A DNA stretch of 64,000 nt from Patescibacteria group bacterium. GTDB taxonomy: Bacteria > Patescibacteriota > Dojkabacteria > J137. The notes under the pieces are model-generated. The model was given only the letters and a program-made list of their open reading frames with translations, did no database searches and was not told the origin of the DNA. A program made the position numbers and the translations under genes. Below, one piece after another: positions 1-9,949 of the stretch. The stretch spans positions 452,885 to 516,884 of the forward strand of contig CAUJCN010000002.1 of the NCBI GenBank assembly GCA_963169855.1. The letters run 5' to 3'. Position 1 is the stretch's first letter, and each line of letters begins with the position of its first letter.

Positions 1-1
1 T

Positions 2-460
2 TCAGCTGTAGAAGAAGCAACTTTCTTAACAAGATTTGCTACAAAAGTTTATCTAATTCACAGAAGAGACGAATTAAGAGCTAGCAAAATCATGCAAGAA
101 AGATTGTTTGGGAATGAAAAAGTTGAAGTAATTTTAAATACTGAAATTAAAGAAGTTTTGGGAACAACAAAAGTTACAGCGTTGAAATTGTTTAACAATG
201 TAACTAACGAAGAAAGTGAATTACCAACAGACGGATTATTCTTAGCTATCGGGCACATTCCAAACACTGCATTTTTAGATGAACAATTGGAGTTAAATCC
301 AGAGAAATACCTAATTGCAGACCATGGAGTGTACACCGGAATCGACGGAGTATTTGTAGCAGGAGATGTAGAAGATCATATTTATCGACAAGCTATAACT
401 GCGGCAGGAGCTGGATGTAAAGCAGCCATTACAGCAGAAAGATGGTTACAAAGTTTATAA
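2..460 (+). CDS. trxB: Thioredoxin reductase, 5'-truncated by window edge
   Basis: Frame open from base 2 (SAVEEATFLTRFATKVYLIHRRDELRAS...); GVFVAGDV..YRQAITAAGAGCKAA C-terminal motif. Confidence 0.95.
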   Translation, partial: SAVEEATFLTRFATKVYLIHRRDELRASKIMQERLFGNEKVEVILNTEIKEVLGTTKVTALKLFNNVTNEESELPTDGLFLAIGHIPNTAFLDEQLELNPEKYLIADHGVYTGIDGVFVAGDVEDHIYRQAITAAGAGCKAAITAERWLQSL

Positions 461-463
461 ATA

Positions 464-2611
464 ATGCAGAACGCACGATTAGGAAAAACAAATGAAAGTA
501 ACGTTAATTTAATTCCAAAAGTTAAAAAACGAAGCTGGCAAAAAACTCGAAAAATCTTTGGTGTTTTTGCATTTTTTTTTGGAATCGTAATTGTTGCAAT
601 CGGACTGTTATTTACTCATTTCGTTGTGATGCCTGGATTTAAAGTCCTAGGATATTTAGAAAATATTCAAGATAATGCTTCTCTACTCCTACAGGATTTA
701 AGTGTAAAGAATATTGCGAATATAGATACATACTTAACCAATGTCCAGAATGAATTAACGAAAATTGATGCTGAGATTTCAAAGTTTGAATTTTTAAAAA
801 CAATTGATCAGACAAAAGGTTATTACGAGAATTTTAAAACTGGAAGTCGAATATTAGACAGAATCAATACACTGATTGAGTATTCTATTCCAAAGCTAAA
901 GAATATTTTAGTTGCAACTGGATTCTCTACAGACAGAAATTCAGCTTCAGTATTGGGAACTTTAGAAGAAGCTGGCGAAGATGAGGAAAGTTCGATCTCA
1001 CTAATCTTAAAGGAATTCCCACAGTACTTAGAATTATATAGAGATATTGAACCTCAAATTATCGGAATTTTTGAAGAAATCGCCAAGATTGATACTAACC
1101 ATATTCCAGTGTTACCAGGTGTAGACATTGCTGGAAAACTTGGATCAGTAAATGATTTAGGCAAAGAATTCCCTGAGCTCTCAGATAAGACTGTTAGATT
1201 TATTGAAAAAGTTCCACAGCTTCTTGGTTCAAAAGACCCATCTACTTTCTTAGTTGTTATGCAGAATGAAGCAGAAATGAGATCTTCTGGGGGAATTTTA
1301 ACGGCTTATGGAGACATCACTTTAAATAATGGGGAGATCTCAGACGAAATTAAATTAGAAGACACTACTAATCTTCAGCTTTATCTATGGCAACTTGGTG
1401 TAATGATGCCTCATTACAATATTCATGGACAATTGTATTTAATGAACAGCGGTTGTGGAGCTTCGGAAGCAAGAGCCCAGGATGTAGCAATGTATCCTGA
1501 CTTATACGAAAGTATGATGCTTTTCAAAGATTACTATGAAATTGCAAATTTTTATAATCCTGGCGATTTCCCTTCATACGATAATATCGTTATATTAAAT
1601 TTCAACTTTGCTAAGAATTTATTGGGTCTGGTCCAACCTATTATTGTGGAAGGTTTCGGAGAAGTAACTGCTGACACTCTCTTTAGTTTTATTAAAGCAG
1701 AGACTGACAATGAAGATAAGTATCAGGCATACGATAAAGATAGAAAAGAAATTATTGGACAAATTTCTGACGCAGTAAAAGAAAAACTATTTAACTTGCC
1801 TTACTCGGATATTCCAAAGATTGTTGATTTAATTGTCAAATCATTCCAAGCTAGGGATTTAGGATTGGAATCTACAAATCCAGATATGCAAGCATACTTT
1901 GATGAATACGGAATGAGCGGAAGATATGCTAAAGATGTAAAAGGTGATTACTTTAGTTTAGGAGAAGCCCAGAATTGTTCATTAAAACTAAATCAGTGGG
2001 TTAGAAACGATGTTAATCATTATGTAGGAATAAAAGAAGATGGAACTGTTTACAGAGAAGTGAAAGTAAAATGGAGGCAACCTCAAATCTACAATGGAAT
2101 TTTCTACGGACAATATGACTCTACTTTACGATTCGCATATAGAGCTTGGGTTAGATTTATTATGCCAGTTGATTCTTATGAAATTAATTCAGATGGTTTT
2201 AGCAGATCAGGATACTTATACTACTATCCTAAGTCATACTATGATGAAACTTTAAACAAAGAAGTTAGCGATAATATTGTTTGGTTCGACCACAGAAGAT
2301 TTGATGAATCCGATCCAATCGAAAAAGAAGAAATGAATGTTAGTTATGAGTTACCTTCAACAATCAATTATATTAATGATGGAGAATATACATTACTGTT
2401 ACAGAAACACCCAGGAAAGTCTTCTTGGGAAACTCACTATGTAACAGTTCGGGATATAGATGGACAAACATACACGATTGAAACAACGCTTGATAGAGAT
2501 AAGATCGTCAGGTTCAAAGATGGTGTAATTTCTGTAGATAATTACGACCAAAGCCTGGATTGGTTAAAGACCGATATTATCGACAGACTCCCCTTCGATA
2601 AACTTCAATAG
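464..2611 (+). CDS. DUF4012-type membrane-anchored extracellular protein
   Basis: N-terminal TM helix; FLVVMQNEAEMRSSGGILTAYG motif typical of DUF4012; LLLQKHPG near C-terminus. Confidence 0.75.
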   Translation: MQNARLGKTNESNVNLIPKVKKRSWQKTRKIFGVFAFFFGIVIVAIGLLFTHFVVMPGFKVLGYLENIQDNASLLLQDLSVKNIANIDTYLTNVQNELTKIDAEISKFEFLKTIDQTKGYYENFKTGSRILDRINTLIEYSIPKLKNILVATGFSTDRNSASVLGTLEEAGEDEESSISLILKEFPQYLELYRDIEPQIIGIFEEIAKIDTNHIPVLPGVDIAGKLGSVNDLGKEFPELSDKTVRFIEKVPQLLGSKDPSTFLVVMQNEAEMRSSGGILTAYGDITLNNGEISDEIKLEDTTNLQLYLWQLGVMMPHYNIHGQLYLMNSGCGASEARAQDVAMYPDLYESMMLFKDYYEIANFYNPGDFPSYDNIVILNFNFAKNLLGLVQPIIVEGFGEVTADTLFSFIKAETDNEDKYQAYDKDRKEIIGQISDAVKEKLFNLPYSDIPKIVDLIVKSFQARDLGLESTNPDMQAYFDEYGMSGRYAKDVKGDYFSLGEAQNCSLKLNQWVRNDVNHYVGIKEDGTVYREVKVKWRQPQIYNGIFYGQYDSTLRFAYRAWVRFIMPVDSYEINSDGFSRSGYLYYYPKSYYDETLNKEVSDNIVWFDHRRFDESDPIEKEEMNVSYELPSTINYINDGEYTLLLQKHPGKSSWETHYVTVRDIDGQTYTIETTLDRDKIVRFKDGVISVDNYDQSLDWLKTDIIDRLPFDKLQ

Positions 2612-2656
2612 TCAGTCTGTATTTACAAACCTATAAGAATCCACTATCATAGTTCT

Positions 2657-2902
2657 ATGGATCAAATTACCAGACAATATTTAATATTCGCAGCAACAAT
2701 TGGAGGAATTATTTCTTTTATTTTCAACTTCTTTATTATTGAATTAGTAAGAAACACGCCACTATACGGGTTTCCCATTGGATTGGGAGAAACAGTGGGT
2801 ATTATAAACCTGCTCTTCAAATTGACTAACACTATCGTAATCGGGGCTGCTTTAACTGTTCCTGTTTACTACGTTCTTATTTGGTTAGAAAGACGAAGAT
2901 AG
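2657..2902 (+). CDS. Small two-helix membrane protein
   Basis: 81-aa ORF with two hydrophobic segments; TATCAT 6 nt upstream of ATG. Confidence 0.65.
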   Translation: MDQITRQYLIFAATIGGIISFIFNFFIIELVRNTPLYGFPIGLGETVGIINLLFKLTNTIVIGAALTVPVYYVLIWLERRR

Positions 2903-3568
2903 TTACGATTCTTCAACAGTGAATTTTGGGGTTTTAAAGTGACCAACAACGCTACCCTGTGCATTCCAACATACAATATCATCTTTATCTATAGTTAGAT
3001 CCATCCCACCTCTCATAGTATTGAAGACTGGAAGAAAATTACTATTGAAACCTATCTGAGATAATTCATCTTTAAGTCCCCTTAATTGATTCATTCTGTA
3101 ATTTATATACTCCATCTCTGTTTTGAATCCCCCAAAGTTACTCCCCTGAAAAATTAAATAAGCTTCCTTTCCCAGTTCTTTAAACGTTTTAACATATCTT
3201 GCAAACTTCCTACCTTGCATGGATTTATGTTTTGGTTCCATACCCCAATCAGGAAAGAAATGATGAAAAACAGTAGAATTTACCCCAGGAATGCAAATCA
3301 AAAAACACATTCTATGGCCTACCGACATGAAGCTATAATTATCTCTGCCTAAGAAAGGCACGCTTGCTTCCGTAAGCTTCTTCATAAAGCAATCTTGATC
3401 TTCAATGTGACTTCGAATTGATATAGCCAAATCTTCTTTATGAATTGGTTCGTATGACAAGGGGACTAAAGAACTATGCCTTTCGTACACATCATCAGGT
3501 AGCCATATAGGTTGTTTTGCGTACCCTCCTAAATCTGGAAATCCGCCATTAAGCTCAATAGAGTTCAT
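2903..3568 (-). CDS. Hypothetical protein
   Basis: 221-aa ORF fills the gap; TATAAT 6 nt upstream of ATG. Confidence 0.65.
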   Translation of the reverse strand: MNSIELNGGFPDLGGYAKQPIWLPDDVYERHSSLVPLSYEPIHKEDLAISIRSHIEDQDCFMKKLTEASVPFLGRDNYSFMSVGHRMCFLICIPGVNSTVFHHFFPDWGMEPKHKSMQGRKFARYVKTFKELGKEAYLIFQGSNFGGFKTEMEYINYRMNQLRGLKDELSQIGFNSNFLPVFNTMRGGMDLTIDKDDIVCWNAQGSVVGHFKTPKFTVEES

Positions 3569-3594
3569 GGACGGATTATATCTTAGAAAGTCTT

Positions 3595-5259
3595 TTACAC
3601 AAAGCTGATCAAGGTTATGATCATTGGCTCTCTTTCAGTTTCCTCGAAAACTAAGTCAGAAACATCTGCTGTAATTACTTCTCTAACTTCAGCAACTTCT
3701 TTGTAATTCGCCTTCATTGAGTTATAGATTTCTTTAGTTTTATCAACAATGTTTTTAATTAATTCCTGAGAATTCTTAACATAAACAAATCCTCTTGAAA
3801 TTACAAACGGATCTCTAACTAATTCCTTTTCTTTGTTAACAATAATATCAATCACTACGACTCCGTAACTTGCTAGCTGTTCTCTTTCTTTTAGAACCAC
3901 AGACCCAACATCGCCTACTCCAGAACCAGAAACTAGTAATGGTTCGCAAGGGAATTGTTTTATAATCTTATATCCTTGATTTGAGTTTCCTTCAACGATT
4001 GATCCTTTTTTAGTAATCAAGATATTGTTTTCTGCAACTCCTGTAGATTTTGCTGTTTCTCCGTGAGCTCTAAGGAAATATTGATATCCGTGAACTGGCA
4101 TAAAGAATTTTGGTCTTACAAGGTTCAGCATGATTTTTTGGTCTTCTTGATATCCGTGTCCTGATGTGTAAAGGTCTAGATCTTCTGTTTGTCTAACATT
4201 TGCTCCTTTAGACATGATTTGATCAATCATATTTTGAACAGTCCTATCGTTTCCAGCAATAGTTTTTGCAGAAATAATAACTGTATCTCCTTTCTTAACA
4301 GTTACTCCTTTGTAGTCAGTGTAAGCCATTTTTGATAAAGCAGCTTCTTCTTCTCCTTGAGCTCCAGTTGTTAAGATCAAAAGTTTATTTGGGGGAATAT
4401 TATTTACTTGAGCAATATTCACAATCAAGTCTTTTGGCATCTTAAGATATTCAATTTTTTCTGCAATTTCTAAGGTTTTTCTCATGGAGAATCCTGCGAT
4501 AGCAACTTTTCTATTGTATTTCTCTGCGATTGTAATCAATTGATAAAGTCTACCTACAAGACCTGCAAATGAAGCTACAATTACTCTACCTTTTGCTCTT
4601 TCGATAACATCTTCCAGTCCTTTGGCAACTTCGCTCTCAGAAACTGGATGTCCTTTTTTCAAAGAGTTTGTTGAGTCAGAAAGAAGGATATCAATTCCCT
4701 CATCTCCGATTTTCGCAATTCTTCCATAGTCAGCTACTGGTTCGTTAATTGGAGAGTTATCAAATTTAAAGTCTCCTGTGTGAACTGCTTTAGCTGTTGG
4801 AGTTTTAATATAAACACCTACTGCCTGAGGAATACTATGATTAACTCTAAAGAACTCAACTTCAAAATGAGTGAATTTTAGTTTAGAATTCTCATCGATA
4901 ACCTTTAGCTTGTCCTTCATCTTATCCATCAAACCGGCTTCCTCTAACTTAAGTTTAATAAGTTCTAATGTGAATCTAGTTCCATAAATTACTGGGAAAC
5001 CCATGTCCTCTAAATGAAAATGAATTGCACCAATATGGTCCAAGTGTCCGTGAGTAATCACCAGAGCTTTAATCTGTTTTTGTTTTTTCTTTAAATATGA
5101 AATATCTGGAATGATGTAATCAATTCCGTAGTAGTCGTATTCAGAGAAACCTAATCCAACGTCAACAACTAAAATCTCGTCTTTATATTCATATACAGTG
5201 CAGTTTATTCCAACCTCTTCTACACCACCTAGAGGTATAATTTTCAAATTCTCGTTCAT
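3595..5259 (-). CDS. rnj: Ribonuclease J
   Basis: IIPLGGVEEVG, THGHLDHIG, HTGDFK, TSGHG, PVHG motifs of MBL/beta-CASP RNase J. Confidence 0.96.
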   Translation of the reverse strand: MNENLKIIPLGGVEEVGINCTVYEYKDEILVVDVGLGFSEYDYYGIDYIIPDISYLKKKQKQIKALVITHGHLDHIGAIHFHLEDMGFPVIYGTRFTLELIKLKLEEAGLMDKMKDKLKVIDENSKLKFTHFEVEFFRVNHSIPQAVGVYIKTPTAKAVHTGDFKFDNSPINEPVADYGRIAKIGDEGIDILLSDSTNSLKKGHPVSESEVAKGLEDVIERAKGRVIVASFAGLVGRLYQLITIAEKYNRKVAIAGFSMRKTLEIAEKIEYLKMPKDLIVNIAQVNNIPPNKLLILTTGAQGEEEAALSKMAYTDYKGVTVKKGDTVIISAKTIAGNDRTVQNMIDQIMSKGANVRQTEDLDLYTSGHGYQEDQKIMLNLVRPKFFMPVHGYQYFLRAHGETAKSTGVAENNILITKKGSIVEGNSNQGYKIIKQFPCEPLLVSGSGVGDVGSVVLKEREQLASYGVVVIDIIVNKEKELVRDPFVISRGFVYVKNSQELIKNIVDKTKEIYNSMKANYKEVAEVREVITADVSDLVFEETEREPMIITLISFV

Positions 5260-5371
5260 GGAATTCGTATCATAAAAAATAATTTTAGCTGGTCATTCTC
5301 TTGATAAATGAAGAAATCTCAGCCTTTTTGTTAAATAACTTGTATAGGTCTAAATTACTTAGCTTAGGATA

Positions 5372-5380
5372 ATTATAACA
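5372..5380 (-). promoter_or_regulatory. Extended -10 element (TGTTATAAT) upstream of rnj
   Basis: Reverse complement of attataaca at 5372-5380, about 110 nt upstream of the rnj start. Confidence 0.5.
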
Positions 5381-5488
5381 CGAAGTGTTTCATCAATCGA
5401 AAGAATTGGTCAAAATTGATATAACACGAAGTGTTTCATCAATCGAAAAATCGGTCAAAATTGATATAACACGAAGTGTTTCATCAAT
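5374..5488. repeat. Tandem repeat, about 2.5 copies of a 45-46 bp unit with hairpin core AACAC-GAA-GTGTT
   Basis: tataacacgaagtgtttcatcaat starts at 5374, 5420 and 5465; intervening segments nearly identical. Confidence 0.92.
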
Positions 5489-5546
5489 TCCAAAAAATGC
5501 TCAACATTTTTGAGACTGCCAAGTGAGATTTTGCTGGTAGGTAAGG

Positions 5547-6191
5547 CTATTCGAGATTGAATTCGTAAGTCTTTCCTATCTCTAAAGAGCTGAATTTTAT
5601 GCCTTTTTCCTCCAAAATCCGCTTTGGCCAAGAAGCTGCCATTTCCGGATTTTTCAGTCTACCGTCGTGAACTGGAATACATTGCACAGGATTGATTTCT
5701 AAAGCATAGTCTATAGATTCTGAAGACCTCATCCAGGGTCCTTCGACTGGTAAAGCTAAGAGCTTAACTGGTTTCCCAGGATTAGTAAAAGCGTCTCCTG
5801 GATAGAAAAAATTGTTATCTAAAAAGTAGCCTGTGTTTAGCATCTGTGGCATGTTTCCATACACAGTTGCGTGATCTTTACCAAACCCTTCGAATAAAAC
5901 GTCATTTTGAATATGAGATTCGCCCTCCTCTACTTTTGTGAATTCAATTCCTTCTTGAGTTAGAATTTTGCCTACACTTGAGTTTGTAATAACTTTTGCA
6001 TTTGGATTATTCTGCAAAACAGTTTTTAAAGATTCTACATGTAAATGATCAGCATGTTCGTGGGTAATGAGAACTATATGAAGATTTTGTACTTCGTTCT
6101 GCAATGTTGAAAATTCACCTGGATCGGTAAGGATTCTTGTTCCTTTTATTTCTAGTAAAAGACAGCAATGTCCAAATTTGGTAATTTTCAT
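5547..6191 (-). CDS. MBL-fold metallo-hydrolase (UlaG/Lactamase_B_3-like)
   Basis: GHCCLLLE, THEHADH, YPGD, IPVHD motifs. Confidence 0.88.
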   Translation of the reverse strand: MKITKFGHCCLLLEIKGTRILTDPGEFSTLQNEVQNLHIVLITHEHADHLHVESLKTVLQNNPNAKVITNSSVGKILTQEGIEFTKVEEGESHIQNDVLFEGFGKDHATVYGNMPQMLNTGYFLDNNFFYPGDAFTNPGKPVKLLALPVEGPWMRSSESIDYALEINPVQCIPVHDGRLKNPEMAASWPKRILEEKGIKFSSLEIGKTYEFNLE

Positions 6192-6209
6192 ACTTACATT
6201 TTACCATTC

Positions 6210-6575
6210 TTATAGATCTTGGAAAAAAGTAACCACTCCCTTCAGAAATCTTTTCTTTTGATCTGGACCAAGTAACTGTAGAGATTTAATTATAAGATGG
6301 TCGATTTGATCCTCAGTTACTGTGGAATTTGGAAAATCGTGACTATGTTTAGCCAACAGTCTTGCGAATGCTGCAGCTAAATTTAATTTGTAGGTTGTTG
6401 ATTCCATTGATATTCCTTCTCTCATTTCTTGATCTTCTGCTAATCGCCAAATTGTCACAATCATTGATAATGAAGAAAGAAATTTTGATCTGTCCGGAGT
6501 TTCGTCCAAATACCCTACAATTTGTTCGACGAGACTTGATGGATTGCTCCACCCCTGATTCCACACTGTCGCCAT
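6210..6575 (-). CDS. Hypothetical helical protein
   Basis: 121-aa ORF co-oriented with neighbours; TATAAT upstream. Confidence 0.55.
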   Translation of the reverse strand: MATVWNQGWSNPSSLVEQIVGYLDETPDRSKFLSSLSMIVTIWRLAEDQEMREGISMESTTYKLNLAAAFARLLAKHSHDFPNSTVTEDQIDHLIIKSLQLLGPDQKKRFLKGVVTFFQDL

Positions 6576-6670
6576 AATTCAGCTTCTTTTTATACCGTGA
6601 TTATATCAGAAAATTTCTAAATACAAATATCCCATCGAAATTGTATTCAATTTCCTATAAAATAATAACA

Positions 6671-8362
6671 ATGACACAAAAAGGTAAGATTATAAAAATC
6701 GTATTCATAGGAGTATTGTTTGCAATCAACCTGATTCTAGTTGCAATGTTTGCTCAAAAGACCACAACTTTCATATCTTTGAAAATTGTTTTTGCAGATA
6801 CTCCAAATTCTGGAGCTCAAGGAATTGAGGTGGTATCAAAGGGAGTTTTTGTTGGAAGAACGGATGCAAATGGAAACGTTCTTATTTCTTCTAGTGCTCT
6901 TGGCGAAGATATTACTTTAGGATCAACTGATTCCTACACTTCAACATTAAAAGTAAGCGATCTTAATCCAGGCGATCCTATAAAACTACTTAAGAAAGGA
7001 TTCAACTACATATATGGAGAATTCTTTATCTCTGGGTACAAAGAAACCGTTGACATACTTTTCGATAATCAAACTTTTAAACTCGGAGAAGGCAACAGTT
7101 TCGTATTAATTACTACAAAAACAGGAATCCTCCCAGTAGAATTTCAATCAGATAATCACATAGCAATGAAGGGCGAGATAAATGTTTCTGCTGGAATCAA
7201 CAACTTAGATGCACCATTGAGTTTTGATAATGCAGGTGGCTTATTCTTTAAGAATAGAAGTTACCTCGGTGATCTTCAAGTAGATGGAATAAAAGTTGAA
7301 GCAGAATCTCTAAACGACAAATTCATTAAGTATTCATCAGAAGAAACCAAAATTACAAATCTAACACTTAACGAATATTACATAAGAATTTCGGGTAAAG
7401 ATATAAACAGTCGAGATTACCTAGTAGTTGCTCCTAATAATCTAACTCCTTTTGGGGATGTTCGATTAGTGGAAAAAGGACATTATCCAATCACTAAGAA
7501 AGCTGGGAATGTTTCTACTCTATCTCTTGTGGACTTAGATGGAAAGAAATTAACTGACGTTTTAATCGAAGATGGAGTTAGGATTCAAGATCTGTACATG
7601 GATAACGAAAAAGGAAAATTGTTCTTTAGAGCGAATCAAAGTGGAACAAGATCACATTACCCAGTCTTTGAGTATGATATAAAAACTGGAAACAAAACTA
7701 CTCTTACGACAAGTAACTCTTCTCTATTCGTGAACACCGCAATTGTTAACTACAAAGCGAATCTGGTTGTTACAAGTAGTCGAAACTCTACTGGAACAAA
7801 GCTTAGCCTTTATAAGCTAAATGGTGAATTTATAAGAGAATTATTTGCTACAAATGGTTCTTCAGAAACTGTTGCTAGAATTCTGATTGCTGATGATGGT
7901 CAAACAGTTTTTGTGCAGGCGAATGGAAGATCTTCACAGAATAGAATTGTTGGGGTAAATACTGATAACTCAATCTCAGAAGTTGCTTCTGGAAACATTA
8001 ATTTACTTGCAATAGATCCGAATGGTAGAAATGTTGTTTACAAGGTTGAAGGTTCACCAGATCGAATTCACAATTACAAATTTTTAGATCGACAAGATGC
8101 AGAATTAAATATTCGAGATATAGGTGAGAATTTCCAATTTGATTCCCAAAATAACAACGTACTGTACTACTCCCTTAACGATTCTCAAATTATGAAATAT
8201 TCTTTCGATACAGATTTTGTTGAACAATATATTTCCTTCAATAGATTCGATAATTTTAACTCGATTGTTCAACAAGACGAATATTTGTTCACAATCAAAG
8301 ACGATCGAATTAATATTCTGAATAAAAATATTCCTACAAAATTTAAACTTTTAAGCTTCTAA
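6671..8362 (+). CDS. Membrane-anchored surface protein; beta-sandwich N-half, probable beta-propeller C-half
   Basis: N-terminal TM helix; GRTDANG carboxypeptidase-regulatory-like motif; repeated blade-like segments; ATG 6671 preferred over TTG 6641. Confidence 0.6.
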   Translation: MTQKGKIIKIVFIGVLFAINLILVAMFAQKTTTFISLKIVFADTPNSGAQGIEVVSKGVFVGRTDANGNVLISSSALGEDITLGSTDSYTSTLKVSDLNPGDPIKLLKKGFNYIYGEFFISGYKETVDILFDNQTFKLGEGNSFVLITTKTGILPVEFQSDNHIAMKGEINVSAGINNLDAPLSFDNAGGLFFKNRSYLGDLQVDGIKVEAESLNDKFIKYSSEETKITNLTLNEYYIRISGKDINSRDYLVVAPNNLTPFGDVRLVEKGHYPITKKAGNVSTLSLVDLDGKKLTDVLIEDGVRIQDLYMDNEKGKLFFRANQSGTRSHYPVFEYDIKTGNKTTLTTSNSSLFVNTAIVNYKANLVVTSSRNSTGTKLSLYKLNGEFIRELFATNGSSETVARILIADDGQTVFVQANGRSSQNRIVGVNTDNSISEVASGNINLLAIDPNGRNVVYKVEGSPDRIHNYKFLDRQDAELNIRDIGENFQFDSQNNNVLYYSLNDSQIMKYSFDTDFVEQYISFNRFDNFNSIVQQDEYLFTIKDDRINILNKNIPTKFKLLSF

Positions 8363-8404
8363 TTAATTAGAAACTATGCTCTAATTGCTTACTCAGAGTT
8401 AAAG

Positions 8405-8437
8405 TTTTCCACAAAAAAATATTATAAGTTATCCACA
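8405..8437 (+). promoter_or_regulatory. Two DnaA boxes upstream of dnaA
   Basis: TTTTCCACA at 8405-8413 (1 mismatch) and perfect TTATCCACA at 8429-8437 in an AT-rich spacer. Confidence 0.8.
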
Positions 8438-8512
8438 TAAAAAAACTTTTAGTATATAATCAAATTTACTTACGCAAGACCCTGGAAATTTTGTCTAAGA
8501 TTCAAACTTATT

Positions 8513-9907
8513 ATGAGAATTACAGAACCAAAACAACTTTGGAAGGTCGCGCTAGCTCAAATTGAAATTAAACTTGATGCTCCAGCAACTTTCAAAATGT
8601 TTTTTCAAGATACAAGCCTGTTAAGAATTGATGGTAAAACCGCAGTGATTGGCGTTACTAATCCATATACTTCTGAATGGTTGAAATCTAGATATGAAAC
8701 TCTAATTAAAGACACAATTTCTTATGTTTATGGTGATCCACTAACCCCAACTTTCGAAATTATTCAGCACGAAGAACAACCTGTAGCAAAAGATGACGAG
8801 AAATCTCCTTTACTTAATCCAGAAGGAGGTATGTTGGGAGGAATTCTTGATGCTGTAGGGAAATCAGGATTGAATCCAAAATATTCATTGACTACCTATA
8901 TCGTTGGAAATTCAAACAGGATTGCGCATGCAGCTAGTTCAGCTGTTGTTACAAGTCCTGGACAAGTTTACAATCCTCTATTCATTTACGGGAAGACTGG
9001 CGTAGGTAAGACTCACTTAGCTCAAGGTATTGGAAGATCAATTTTAGAAAAAAGTTTAAAAAAAAGAGTTCTTTATGTTTCTTCGGAAACGTTCTTGAAC
9101 GATATGATCAAAAGTATTAAAACAAATACTAATGAGAAGAATAGGAGCAAGTACCGACAGATTGACTGCTTGATTATCGACGACATGCAAATGATTTCCA
9201 AATGGGTGGCGACTCAAACTGAATTCTTCAATACTTTCAATGAACTTTATAATGCTGGGAAGCAAATTATTTTAATTGCAGATAGAAGACCTGATGATAT
9301 TCAAAATATTGAAAGCCGTTTGAAAACAAGAATGCAAGGAGGAATGGTAGTCGAAATTTCACAACCAGATTACGAAACTAGACTTGCAATTTTACAAAAG
9401 AAAAATGATTCCGCTGGTTACAATCTCAGTCTTCATATTATCGAGTTTATTGCAAAGACAGTAACCGATAATGTTAGAGAACTTGAAGGTGCTTTACAAA
9501 AGGTCGCTCTCTTTAATTCAATGAAACCTGATGGAGAGCTATCACTTGAAGAAGTTGCTCATACAATTGGAAAAGATTCTAGATCAAAACGAGAGCAAGT
9601 AAAAGTTCCTCAGATTTTAAAATCTGTAGCTAAGTCGTTTAGCGTTAGCGTTAAAGATTTGAAAGGACCACGCAGAACAAAAGAAGTTGCTTTAGCTCGA
9701 CAAGTTGCTATGTATATACTAAGAGATGAATATAACTACAAATTGGAAGAGATTGCAAAATTCTTAAACCGAGAAGATCACACAACTGTGATGCATGGAA
9801 TTGATAAAGTTAAGAGCAAAGCTATGATCCAAGAAGGGTTTAATTCTCAAATTACAAACTTAATCACTTCCATCCAAGAAGCTGCTGCTGCGGGGCTCGA
9901 CGAATAG
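8513..9907 (+). CDS. dnaA: Chromosomal replication initiator DnaA
   Basis: YNPLFIYGKTGVGKTHL Walker A, NVRELEGAL, ARQVAMY..DHTTVMH domain IV. Confidence 0.97.
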   Translation: MRITEPKQLWKVALAQIEIKLDAPATFKMFFQDTSLLRIDGKTAVIGVTNPYTSEWLKSRYETLIKDTISYVYGDPLTPTFEIIQHEEQPVAKDDEKSPLLNPEGGMLGGILDAVGKSGLNPKYSLTTYIVGNSNRIAHAASSAVVTSPGQVYNPLFIYGKTGVGKTHLAQGIGRSILEKSLKKRVLYVSSETFLNDMIKSIKTNTNEKNRSKYRQIDCLIIDDMQMISKWVATQTEFFNTFNELYNAGKQIILIADRRPDDIQNIESRLKTRMQGGMVVEISQPDYETRLAILQKKNDSAGYNLSLHIIEFIAKTVTDNVRELEGALQKVALFNSMKPDGELSLEEVAHTIGKDSRSKREQVKVPQILKSVAKSFSVSVKDLKGPRRTKEVALARQVAMYILRDEYNYKLEEIAKFLNREDHTTVMHGIDKVKSKAMIQEGFNSQITNLITSIQEAAAAGLDE

Positions 9908-9949
9908 TTTTTAAACTTTCTGTAGTATAATAATGGTTATATTGTTTAT

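Noticed and set aside
5374-5488. Possible mini CRISPR array
   Set aside because: Spacers are 21-22 bp and almost identical; no cas genes in the window; it is a tandem repeat
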